Shown here piece after piece: positions 1-7,268 of a stretch of 16,431 bases of DNA. Each line of letters begins with the position of its first letter. Position 1 is the first letter of the stretch. Below the pieces are notes generated by a model. It saw only the letters and a list, made by a program, of their open reading frames with translations. It searched no databases and was not told the DNA's origin. Source of the DNA: Candidatus Fraserbacteria bacterium (GTDB lineage: Bacteria; Bipolaricaulota; Bipolaricaulia; RBG-16-55-9); assembly GCA_037443265.1 (NCBI GenBank), contig JBBIOR010000014.1, positions 29,410 through 45,840 on the forward strand, written 5' to 3'. The translations under genes and the position numbers were made by a program.

Positions 1-1
1 C

Positions 2-607
2 TTCGAGCGCCGCAAAGGCGAGCTCATCTTCCAAGAGGGGATGCCCGCTGAGGGGATTTTTCTCATTTGCAGTGGCAAGGTGAAGGTCGTCGGCCAGACG
101 CCGGACAAAGTCAGAAAGCAGATCCTCAAGATCCTAGGGCCGGGAGATCTCCTCGGAGAGGAAGCGTTCTTCGCCCATAGCGCATACAACGCGTACGCGC
201 GGGCACTTGAGCCGACACGACTCTGTTTCTTCGGCAAAGAGGACTTCTTCCACTTCCTGAATCATCATCACTCGGTAGCACTGAGGCTGCTCGAGAAACT
301 CTCCCGCGAACTGAAGGCTTGTCAGGACTCGCTGGTTGAGATCGCCTACGAGAGGGCCGAAGCGCGCATGGCTCGAGCGCTCCTCAAGCTGGGCCACGAG
401 TACGGGATCCGTGAAGGCCAGTCGTGCGTCATCGATCTCCGCTTGAGTCGTATTGAGCTCGCAGAGCTTTTAGGGTTGCGGCCGGAGACGGCCAGTCGCA
501 TCTTAGGCCGCTGGCGCGCGCGCGGCATTTTAGCTGTCGAGGGGCGGCAATTGACCATCCTAGATGAAGACCGCTTGGCTGGATTTACGCGCCCATCGCG
601 TAGTTGA
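2..607 (+). CDS. CRP/FNR-family transcriptional regulator (5'-truncated by window edge)
   Basis: The frame is open from base 2 (FERRKGELIFQEGMPAEGIFLI...), so the ATG at 41 is internal. cNMP-binding-fold motifs (GKVKV, ILGPGDLLGE, YNAYARALE) and a C-terminal HTH, LSRIELAELLGLRPETASRILGRW, with an FNR-type ETxSR recognition helix. Confidence 0.92.
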   Translation, partial: FERRKGELIFQEGMPAEGIFLICSGKVKVVGQTPDKVRKQILKILGPGDLLGEEAFFAHSAYNAYARALEPTRLCFFGKEDFFHFLNHHHSVALRLLEKLSRELKACQDSLVEIAYERAEARMARALLKLGHEYGIREGQSCVIDLRLSRIELAELLGLRPETASRILGRWRARGILAVEGRQLTILDEDRLAGFTRPSRS

Positions 608-611
608 GCCC

Positions 612-1274
612 TCAGCCCTTCGGGTGGGGCGTAGATAGTCCTCGCTTGAGCGCGAAGATGGCCGCTTGCGTGCGATTGTTGATGTGCAGCTTGTGAAAGA
701 TCACAGAGAGCCGGTTGCGCACGGTCTTCTCTGAGATGCCCAGCTTCTGAGCGATCTCGTGATTGCTCGCTCCCTGCCCCAATAGACTTAGAATATCTCT
801 TTCGCGTTCTGTGAGGTGCTCATAGGGCCCTCCTTGAGACTCCCGCTCGGTCAGCCGTCGGAATTCCTCTATCACCTTGCGGGCCATCAGGGGAGTGAGG
901 GTGGCTTCCCCGGCGGCCACGGCCCGGATGGCCTCTATCAGCTCCTGCGCGTTGGCGTTCTTGAGGAGATACCCTACCGCTCCGGCTTTGATGGCCTCAA
1001 AGAGATATTCGTCCTGGCGCTCCATCGTGAGCATGATCACCTTCACTTGTGGGTTCTGTTCCGTGATTTTTCGCGTAGCTTCAATGCCCTCAGAGCCCCG
1101 AGGCATGTGAATGTCCATCAGCACAATGTCGGGAGCGAGAAGCTTGCAGCGCTCTACTGCCTCTTGAGCGTTCGCCGCCTGAGCTACGACTGTCATATCC
1201 GGCTCCGTCTGGAGCATCTGCGCCAGCGCTTGGCGCACCAAGTTGTGATCATCGGCAATCAACACGCGGATCAT
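612..1274 (-). CDS. NarL/FixJ (LuxR-type HTH) two-component response regulator, copy 1
   Basis: Receiver domain (IRVLIADDH, PDIVLMDIHMP, MLT, GYLLK) and LuxR HTH (LTERERDILSLL...SNHEIAQKLGISEKTVRNRLS...KL). The start overlaps the upstream kinase stop codon (ATGA). Confidence 0.95.
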   Translation of the reverse strand: MIRVLIADDHNLVRQALAQMLQTEPDMTVVAQAANAQEAVERCKLLAPDIVLMDIHMPRGSEGIEATRKITEQNPQVKVIMLTMERQDEYLFEAIKAGAVGYLLKNANAQELIEAIRAVAAGEATLTPLMARKVIEEFRRLTERESQGGPYEHLTERERDILSLLGQGASNHEIAQKLGISEKTVRNRLSVIFHKLHINNRTQAAIFALKRGLSTPHPKG

Positions 1275-2203
1275 GGCAGATCCCCCCTTGTCACCGGCAG
1301 GCAGACCAAGATTTCGGTCCCTCGGCCAGGCGCAGTTTGTAGGGAAAAGGTGCCGCCTAAGGCCTCGGCACGCGCGCGCATGTGCCTAAGTCCCATGCCC
1401 TCCGGCGTAGAACCCACGTCGAACCCACGTCCATCATCGCTGATTCTCAGACAAAGGAGCTGCGGCTTGAGGTCCAGCTGAATCCAAACATTCTGTGCCT
1501 GCGCGTGCCGCCGCACATTGTGTAACGCTTCCTGCACGATATGAAATAATCCTACTTCCAGTTCGGCGGGCAAGCGATGCTCTTCGCCTGAGCCTGAGAT
1601 CGCAAGCCGCATGCGGGTCTGATTCAATTCTTCGAAGTCGGCGGCCAGCTTGCGCAACGTGTGAAATAGCCCCAGGCGTTCCAGCTCAATGGGTCTAAGA
1701 GCGTAGACGGCACGGCGCACCTCTCGGATGCTCTGCTGAAGGGCTTCATTGATCACGCCCAGCTCCTGCTCCACTTGACACGGGTTGGATCGCAAGAGCT
1801 TTCGGCAGACGTCGGCCTTGAGCGCCAGCGCAAAGAGGCTGGGTCCCAGGCTATCGTGTAGGTCGCTGGCAATTTGTGCCCTGACATCATCGGCGATCTG
1901 GAGCATCCGCTGCTCTTGTTCGCGCAGGCGCTGCTCGACTCGCTCTTTGGCCGCCAGCTGGCGCTCAATCCACAAGAGGACATACCATGTCACCAAAGGC
2001 CCCAGGAGCGCATAGACGAAGAGTTCAATCCCCAGATGGAACCAGACAGACTCACCGTGGCTGGGATGGGCGAGATTGAGCCAGATCTGCACGCTCGTGA
2101 CGATCAGAAAGATAGCCAAGGGCAGCAGGCGCCTCGTCCAGGCGATCTGCTCCTGGATGCTCAAGCTTCGCCAGCGCTGCCAGATTTGTCTTATAGCCAG
2201 CAC
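1271..2203 (-). CDS. HisKA_3 (NarX/DesK-type) membrane sensor histidine kinase, copy 1, two TM helices with a short His-rich loop
   Basis: H-box IASDLHDSLG, N-box QEALHNVRRHA, G-boxes ISDDGRGF and GMGLRHMRARAEALGG. GTG start preceded by AAGGAG on the minus strand. Confidence 0.93.
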   Translation of the reverse strand: MLAIRQIWQRWRSLSIQEQIAWTRRLLPLAIFLIVTSVQIWLNLAHPSHGESVWFHLGIELFVYALLGPLVTWYVLLWIERQLAAKERVEQRLREQEQRMLQIADDVRAQIASDLHDSLGPSLFALALKADVCRKLLRSNPCQVEQELGVINEALQQSIREVRRAVYALRPIELERLGLFHTLRKLAADFEELNQTRMRLAISGSGEEHRLPAELEVGLFHIVQEALHNVRRHAQAQNVWIQLDLKPQLLCLRISDDGRGFDVGSTPEGMGLRHMRARAEALGGTFSLQTAPGRGTEILVCLPVTRGDLP

Positions 2204-2223
2204 GCTTGCTCCTTAGCCATCCC

Positions 2224-2319
2224 ATTCTAGTCCCTGTGAAGCATCCCAGCTAGGGACAAATATCCCGCAAGAGGCAGGGACGTTTGCATCTACCACAGGC
2301 GTTGCGGAAGCCCTAGAGT
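2224..2319. promoter_or_regulatory. Divergent promoter region 1: minus-strand -10 (TAGAAT, 2224-2229), operator-like box AGGGACAAATATCCC (2252-2266), second element AGGGACGTTTGCATCTAC (2276-2293), plus-strand -10-like TAGAGT (2314-2319)
   Basis: The imperfect palindrome and the element spacing are reproduced in the paralogous intergenic region 4855-4962. Confidence 0.6.
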
Positions 2320-2359
2320 AACCTCAGAGTTCAAAGAGAGAAAGGAGCGAGGAATCACC

Positions 2360-2866
2360 ATGGAAAAGCACAGCAGCAGACATAGGGAGATGACCCGACG
2401 TCAACTGTTCCGTACAGCTGGGGCTGCAGCTCTGGGTGGGCTGGCGCTCTCGCTCGGCCGGCGTGTAGGAAGCCTGGCCCACGAGGCCCACGAGGAGGGC
2501 GAGGTCGATCTGGAGATCCACATGGGCGAGTTCTACTTCAAGACCCCAGAGGGCGAGAACAACGCACCCATTCGCATCAAGGCCGGCGAGCGCCATCTGA
2601 TTCACTTCGAGAACGAGGGCCAGGTAGAGCACGAGGTCCACTTCGGCCGCAACCCGGACCTCGAAGCCAGGCTCTACAAGGAGAACCTCTTTGGCCCCGG
2701 CGGAGATCACGCGGAGCACGGCTTTCTCGGTCTACACCTTAAGCCGGGCGAGAAGGCCGTTCTGCACATCTGGATCCCGGAGGACAAGAAGGGCGAGTGG
2801 GAGATCGGTTGCTTCATACCCGGCCACTACGAAGCCGGCCAGAAGGCTCCTCTGATCATCGAGTGA
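2360..2866 (+). CDS. Tat-exported type-1 (blue) copper cupredoxin, CopI/auracyanin-like, Gln at axial position
   Basis: Twin-arginine signal TRRQLFR plus hydrophobic stretch and SLA|H cleavage site. Cupredoxin ligands HEVHFG ... WEIGCFIPGHYEAGQ. RBS AAGGAG/GAGGA before 2360; an alternative ATG at 2390 (GGGAG) is also possible. Confidence 0.88.
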   Translation: MEKHSSRHREMTRRQLFRTAGAAALGGLALSLGRRVGSLAHEAHEEGEVDLEIHMGEFYFKTPEGENNAPIRIKAGERHLIHFENEGQVEHEVHFGRNPDLEARLYKENLFGPGGDHAEHGFLGLHLKPGEKAVLHIWIPEDKKGEWEIGCFIPGHYEAGQKAPLIIE

Positions 2867-2880
2867 AATCCCCAATTGGG

Positions 2881-2919
2881 GGGGAGGGTACGCCCAACGT
2901 GCCCTCCCCTTAATTTCTT
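2881..2919. terminator. Intrinsic terminator between convergent genes (probably bidirectional)
   Basis: 12-bp stem GGGGAGGGTACG (2881-2892) / CGTGCCCTCCCC (2898-2909) with one G-U pair and a 5-nt loop, followed by TTAATTTCTT. Lies between the cupredoxin stop and the convergent response-regulator stop. Confidence 0.8.
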
Positions 2920-3583
2920 AATCGCGGGGCGACAATCCCTCACGAATCGCAAAGAGCGCCGCTTGCGTGCGATTGTTAATATGCAGCTTATCGAAGATGA
3001 TGGAGAGCCGGTTGCGTACCGTCTTCTCCGCAATCTTCAGCCGCTGAGCGATCTCAGGGTTCGTCGCGCCTTGAGCCAATAAGCTTAAGATCTCTTTCTC
3101 TCGCTCCGTCAGATGGATGTATTCGGCCTCAGGACGGGAGCGCACAGCACTGAGTTTGCGAAATTCCTCCAGCATCTTAAGGGCCATGGTCGGATTGAGC
3201 TGGGCCTCACCACGATGGACCGCGCGTATGGTCTCTAGCAGTTCAGCGGCAGCGGCGTTCTTCAAAACGTAGCCTCGGGCACCGGCCTTGATCGCTTCAA
3301 ACAGAAATTCTTCTTCGGTGTGGATGGTGAGCATCACCACGCGGGTCTGAGGATACTGAGCCGTAATGTGCTGAGTCGCCTTCACTCCGGCATCCGGCTG
3401 GCCAGCCATTTCGATATCCATAAGCACGATATCAGGGTTCAGCGACCGTGCCAGTTTCACGGCCTGCTCGCCATCATGGGCTTGTCCCACCACGAGCATA
3501 TCCTCTTGCAGGCGCAGAAGCTCCGCGAGCGCCTGACTGACCAGCACGTGATCGTCCACAATCAGCACGCGGATCCGGCTCAT
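2918..3583 (-). CDS. NarL/FixJ (LuxR-type HTH) two-component response regulator, copy 2
   Basis: IRVLIVDDH, PDIVLMDIEM, GYVLK, and LuxR HTH LTEREKEILSLL...EKTVRNRLS...KLHINNRTQAA. Clear paralog of 612..1274. Confidence 0.95.
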   Translation of the reverse strand: MSRIRVLIVDDHVLVSQALAELLRLQEDMLVVGQAHDGEQAVKLARSLNPDIVLMDIEMAGQPDAGVKATQHITAQYPQTRVVMLTIHTEEEFLFEAIKAGARGYVLKNAAAAELLETIRAVHRGEAQLNPTMALKMLEEFRKLSAVRSRPEAEYIHLTEREKEILSLLAQGATNPEIAQRLKIAEKTVRNRLSIIFDKLHINNRTQAALFAIREGLSPRD

Positions 3584-3588
3584 GCGTT

Positions 3589-4830
3589 CTACACTCCCGA
3601 TGGCAACGGGATCGTGAGCGTAAGCGTTGTGCCCCGCCCGGCTGCCGAATCGAGCGTGAAGGTCCCCCCCTGCTGCTCCACGCGCTCCCGGATGTGTTTC
3701 AGCCCTAAACCCGCACTGCGGACGGGCTGAGTTATCCCTGGGTGGCCATCAAAGCCGCGTCCGTCATCTCGGATGGTCATGGTGACCCCTTGGGGGTCAG
3801 TCAGATCGAGCTGGAGCCAGACCCGCTGAGCTTGGGCGTGCTTGGCCACGTTGTTGAGCGCCTCTTGAGCGATCCGAAAGAGAGTCGATTCCACTTCATA
3901 GGGCAACTCTCGCTCCGGACCTTGCAGCGAAAAGTCAACGGCACACGGGTGCTGCTGCGCAAACTCTGCAGCCAGCCTGCGCAGGGCACTCACAAACCCG
4001 AAGCGCTCCAGCTGGATGGGACGTAGCGCCCGCACGATCCGCTGCACATTGCTGATCTCCTCCTGCAAGGTCTCGCGGACGCTTAAAAGCTCCTGAGCCG
4101 CTCGGTCCGGATCGCTCCTTAATAGCTGGTGACAGATGTCGAGCTTGATCCCCAGCAAGAAGAGATCCTGCTGGACGCCGTCATGCAGCTCACGCGCGAT
4201 GCGGGCCCGCTCGTCTTGAACTGCCTGCTCGCGCCTTTTGCGCTCCGTCACATCCCGAATGATGAGTACCCGCATCGGCCCTTCTCCTACTTCCTCGGCG
4301 AGGAGACTGCAACTCACTTCCACCGGGATCTGACGTCCATCACGCGCCCGCATCACAGTCTCCCAGCGGCTTGCGTTTGCGGGCCATCTCAAGGAGGGGC
4401 CCAGCAGGCGCTCAAAGGCCTCTCCTAGGGCCTCCTCGGCGCCATAGCCGAAGAGCGTCTCGGCCCCCCGATTCCAGGAACGAATGCGCCTTTGGGCGTC
4501 TACACTCACGATGGCGTCGGCAGAACCCTCAACGACTGCCGCCAGCTGCTGCTCGGCGCGCTCACGCTCCATGCGCCAGCGGAAGAAGATGCTGCTTGCA
4601 AAGAGCAGAAAGAGCAGCGGTCCCAACACCCCATATATGACGATCTCCAGGGCGTAGTGGCCATACTCACCCCAGTGATCATGGACCCAGTGCATCCCGA
4701 ACCACTGGATGATGGAAGTTAGGGCAGAGGCCCCAATCAGCGCTGTGATCAGCATAATTCTCCAGCGCCGGGTTAGCTCCCGCCAGCCTCCGATCAGTAT
4801 TCGGGTCCACTGATTAATGCCTTTAGTCAT
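3589..4830 (-). CDS. HisKA_3 sensor histidine kinase, copy 2, two TM helices with His-rich loop plus a cytoplasmic PAS domain
   Basis: PAS (VVEGSADAIVSVD...WNRGAETLFGY...EALG; RDGRQIPVEVS; IIRDVTERK), H-box ERARIARELHDGVQQ, QEALNNVAKHA, IRDDGRGF, GLGLKHIRERVE. Start placed at ATG 4830 (AGAGGG upstream) because a minus-strand TATAAT at 4855-4860 lies inside the longer 4866 ORF; the start remains uncertain. Confidence 0.92.
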   Translation of the reverse strand: MTKGINQWTRILIGGWRELTRRWRIMLITALIGASALTSIIQWFGMHWVHDHWGEYGHYALEIVIYGVLGPLLFLLFASSIFFRWRMERERAEQQLAAVVEGSADAIVSVDAQRRIRSWNRGAETLFGYGAEEALGEAFERLLGPSLRWPANASRWETVMRARDGRQIPVEVSCSLLAEEVGEGPMRVLIIRDVTERKRREQAVQDERARIARELHDGVQQDLFLLGIKLDICHQLLRSDPDRAAQELLSVRETLQEEISNVQRIVRALRPIQLERFGFVSALRRLAAEFAQQHPCAVDFSLQGPERELPYEVESTLFRIAQEALNNVAKHAQAQRVWLQLDLTDPQGVTMTIRDDGRGFDGHPGITQPVRSAGLGLKHIRERVEQQGGTFTLDSAAGRGTTLTLTIPLPSGV

Positions 4831-4854
4831 AGAAGCCCTCTTCATGTGCTTGGC

Positions 4855-4962
4855 ATTATATCCCATCGACTTCTTCGCCGAGGAGGGACAAACGTCCTGG
4901 GACTCGCCTGCCTTGTCCCAGGCGGTTTTGCTCTACTCAAGCGCTTTCCAGCCATTTACCAT
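4855..4962. promoter_or_regulatory. Divergent promoter region 2: minus-strand -10 (TATAAT, 4855-4860), box AGGGACAAACGTCCT (4884-4898), inverted repeat CCTGGGAC/GTCCCAGG (4896-4922), element TTTGCTCTAC (4927-4936), plus-strand -10-like TACCAT (4957-4962)
   Basis: GGAC-N4-GTCC palindrome; same order and near-identical spacings as 2224-2319. Confidence 0.6.
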
Positions 4963-5019
4963 GGGGTGCCGTAGCAAATTCAAATTATAGAAAGTTATAG
5001 AGAGGAGGAAGCACATAAG

Positions 5020-5511
5020 ATGAAGCTAACACGTCGTCAAGCGCTGAAGATGGCGGGTGTTGCCACGGTGGGAGGGCTGGCCCTCCCGTCGGTACGCAGG
5101 CCCTTCATTGTGCGGGCCCATGAGGAAGAGGAGGAAGAGCCTTGGGAGGCCTTCGTAGAAGAGGAGCTGGAGATCGAGATGGGGTCCATGTACTTCCAGG
5201 TGAAGAAGCCGCAAGAGCAGCCTCCAAACGCTCCCATCACCCTCCAAGTCGGCAAGGTCTACTCGCTGGAGTTCAAGAACGTAGACGAGACTATCCCTCA
5301 CAACGCGCTCTTCGGCAGGGACCCTGATCTGGAGAAGCGCCTGTACAAGACGCCGCTCTTTGAGGATCTCATTGGCATTGAGCTGCACGGCGGCGAGGAG
5401 GGCGAACTCTTCATTCGGGTGCCGGACAAGCCCGGCGATTGGGAGATGGGTTGCTTCGTGAGCGGTCACTATGAGGCCGGCATGAGGGCAACCATCACAA
5501 TCGTGCAATAA
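5020..5511 (+). CDS. Tat-exported type-1 (blue) copper cupredoxin, paralog 2, Met at axial position
   Basis: TRRQALK Tat signal, VRA|H cleavage site and acidic N-terminus. Ligands HNALFG ... WEMGCFVSGHYEAGM. Shares FGRxPDLExRLYK with paralog 1. RBS GAGGAGG. Confidence 0.88.
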   Translation: MKLTRRQALKMAGVATVGGLALPSVRRPFIVRAHEEEEEEPWEAFVEEELEIEMGSMYFQVKKPQEQPPNAPITLQVGKVYSLEFKNVDETIPHNALFGRDPDLEKRLYKTPLFEDLIGIELHGGEEGELFIRVPDKPGDWEMGCFVSGHYEAGMRATITIVQ

Positions 5512-5530
5512 GACACTGACCCCAAGCAGC

Positions 5531-5557
5531 GGGAGCTTCGGCTTACACGGGGCTCCC
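5531..5557 (+). other. Intergenic RNA hairpin without U-tract (mRNA-stabilising or partial attenuator)
   Basis: GGGAGCTTCG (5531-5540) pairs with CGGGGCTCCC (5548-5557), 10 bp including two G-U pairs; no poly-T follows. Confidence 0.55.
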
Positions 5558-5591
5558 CCGACAAAGCGCAGCTCAAGAGAAGGAGCGTCTG

Positions 5592-6251
5592 ATGTTTAAG
5601 AACTCGATCAAGCTACCGCTCCTTGCGCTAATCTTCGCCTCAGTCGGGGTCCTGGTGCTCGTGTGGGATCTCAAAGAGAAGGCGCAGAGGGAGTCGGCTG
5701 CCGCATTGCCCCCAGCAGGGGGCAAGCGGCTTCCCAGCTCCTCCCGGCCCTTACAACTGGACGGCGTGATCGTGGAAGGGGAGTATCAAAACGTCCTGCA
5801 GCCGTCCGAGCTCAATATGGAGCTCTTCTGGACGATCCGTGGCGATCGCATCTTTGTAGGGCTGCGCGCTCCGACTCAGGGCTGGGTGGCCTTGGGACTG
5901 GCCCCGGAGGGTCCCCTGATGAAGGGCGCCGACATCATCATCGGCTATGTCAAACAGGGCCAGCTCTATCTGCAAGACAGCTATGCCGATTCGCCCGCCG
6001 GCCACCAGTCCGATGAGAAGTTGGGTGGAAGAGATGACATCCTCGGGAAGGCCGGCTCGGAAGATCAAGGCGTCACCACCCTCGAGTTCTCGCGGAAGCT
6101 CGAGACAGGGGATCCGTACGATAAGGCCATTCGTGAGGGGGAGCGGGTGACGCTGCTGCTAGCATACGCGACGCAAGATGATTTCACGAGTTATCACGCG
6201 AAGAGTCGGGCCCTTCTGCTGAACATCGATCTCTGGGGAGGGAGTCGCTAA
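5592..6251 (+). CDS. Membrane-anchored DOMON-domain protein, probable b-heme binding (Met/His)
   Basis: N-terminal hydrophobic anchor. DOMON signature GWVALGLAPEGPLMKGADIIIGYV (conserved Met), TTLEFSRKLETGDPYD, and C-terminal conserved His in DDFTSYH. RBS AAGGAG. Confidence 0.85.
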   Translation: MFKNSIKLPLLALIFASVGVLVLVWDLKEKAQRESAAALPPAGGKRLPSSSRPLQLDGVIVEGEYQNVLQPSELNMELFWTIRGDRIFVGLRAPTQGWVALGLAPEGPLMKGADIIIGYVKQGQLYLQDSYADSPAGHQSDEKLGGRDDILGKAGSEDQGVTTLEFSRKLETGDPYDKAIREGERVTLLLAYATQDDFTSYHAKSRALLLNIDLWGGSR

Positions 6252-6613
6252 TGCCGACGCACCTGGAAGCCTATGAGATTGGTCTCATCACTTGGGTGGG
6301 GCTGCTTCTGGTCACAGGGGTTCAGGGGCTGATCTCCGTCTATGTGGAGGGGCAGGAGCTACGCCCCTTGGAGCACAAACCGGCCCGAGAGCCTTGGGAA
6401 GCCGTCTTACTCGTCGCTGCCTTCACGCTGCTAGAGCTCCTCTGGGCAGGGGGGTTCATCCGAGGACTCTTTAGTGTGAGGGCTATGAGCGAGCTGGCCG
6501 TCTATGGGGCGCTGCTTTCTTTTACGCTCGCTGCCTCGCTCCTGGTCTATAGGCGGGCGTTCGTGGCTGATGAGAGCCTGGTACAGGAGCGCGATGATGG
6601 CATCCCCTGGTGA
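6251..6613 (+). CDS. fbcX: Small three-TM membrane protein, probable FbcX-like accessory subunit of the Rieske/cytochrome b complex
   Basis: TAATG coupling to the DOMON gene, directly upstream of the Rieske gene. Motifs GLISVYVEGQELRP and C-terminal YRRAFVADE...GIPW resemble my recollection of Thermus FbcX (not verified by search). Confidence 0.6.
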   Translation: MPTHLEAYEIGLITWVGLLLVTGVQGLISVYVEGQELRPLEHKPAREPWEAVLLVAAFTLLELLWAGGFIRGLFSVRAMSELAVYGALLSFTLAASLLVYRRAFVADESLVQERDDGIPW

Positions 6614-7268
6614 GAGACCCAAAGTGCCGCTGGAGGGCAAGCGTCGGGGATTATCTCGACGTGACCTGGTGAAATGGATGTTAGGGGCCGGTGCAGCTGG
6701 GGCCGCCGGGGTAGCGCTGACCGGAGTCCTCAGCTCGCTGCGGCCTTCGCAGCGCGAGTCCAAATGGCAGGAGCCGGTGGCAGCTGGGGATCGCCTTGTC
6801 TTTGCCCTCGGAGCCAACAAGGGGCAGATCATCCGGCGCGATAACATCCCGGTGAGCGAGGCAGTGCTGGCCTTTCCCGAAGGCAAGGACGGCAATCAAG
6901 ATAATCTGATCATGCTCTGCCATCTCGACCCGGCAACCCTTGAGCCGCCGACGCAACTGGAGTGGACTGCCGAAGGCTTTGTGGCCTACAGTGCTATCTG
7001 CACTCATCTAGGCTGCACCGTCTACTTCTCGCATGAGGCCATGGAAAACATTCCTCACCCTCACCTTCACAGTCCGTGTCATGGAGGCATCTTCGATCCC
7101 CAGCGAGGGGCCATCGTCTTGGGGGGGCCTCCGCCTAGGCCGCTGCCGCAATTGCCCATCAAGATCAACGATCAAGGTGAAATCGTTGCGGCAGGCTGGT
7201 TCGAAGAACCGCCGGGCGTGGTTCCAGAAGAGGAGCTAAAGCGGTGGCACGCGCAGCACCCCAGCTGA
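6597..7268 (+). CDS. qcrA: Rieske iron-sulfur protein of a quinol-oxidising Rieske/cytochrome b complex (box II variant SPCHGG)
   Basis: AGGAG at 6585-6589 before ATG 6594/6597. Tat anchor SRRDLVK, box I AYSAICTHLGC, box II HSPCHGGIFD, Pro loop GGPPPRPLPQLPI. Confidence 0.9.
   Translation: MASPGERPKVPLEGKRRGLSRRDLVKWMLGAGAAGAAGVALTGVLSSLRPSQRESKWQEPVAAGDRLVFALGANKGQIIRRDNIPVSEAVLAFPEGKDGNQDNLIMLCHLDPATLEPPTQLEWTAEGFVAYSAICTHLGCTVYFSHEAMENIPHPHLHSPCHGGIFDPQRGAIVLGGPPPRPLPQLPIKINDQGEIVAAGWFEEPPGVVPEEELKRWHAQHPS

Noticed and set aside
692..705. TGTGA-N4-TCACA palindrome resembling a CRP site
   Set aside because: Lies inside the response-regulator CDS, has a 4-nt rather than 6-nt spacer, and is not conserved in the paralog.
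816..1481. 221-aa plus-strand ORF and similar antisense ORFs throughout (e.g. 3320-3730, 9959-10597, 11635-12171, 12808-13380)
   Set aside because: Shadow frames opposite well-supported genes in GC-rich DNA, with no recognisable motifs.
4831..4866. N-terminal extension of kinase 2 to ATG 4866
   Set aside because: Contains the predicted minus-strand TATAAT, whose spacing matches module 1, and has only a weak RBS; a later start is preferred.
4955..4970. TACCATGGGGT as a possible CsoR operator
   Set aside because: Poor symmetry and short C/G tracts; better explained as the -10 region.
4983..5001. TTATAGA direct repeat with 10-nt period
   Set aside because: Only two short copies in an AT-rich 5' UTR next to the RBS, and not clearly mirrored in module 1.
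6504..6593. Longer Rieske N-terminus from the ORF track
   Set aside because: Overlaps the upstream gene extensively; the RBS and Tat motif position support a start at 6594/6597.
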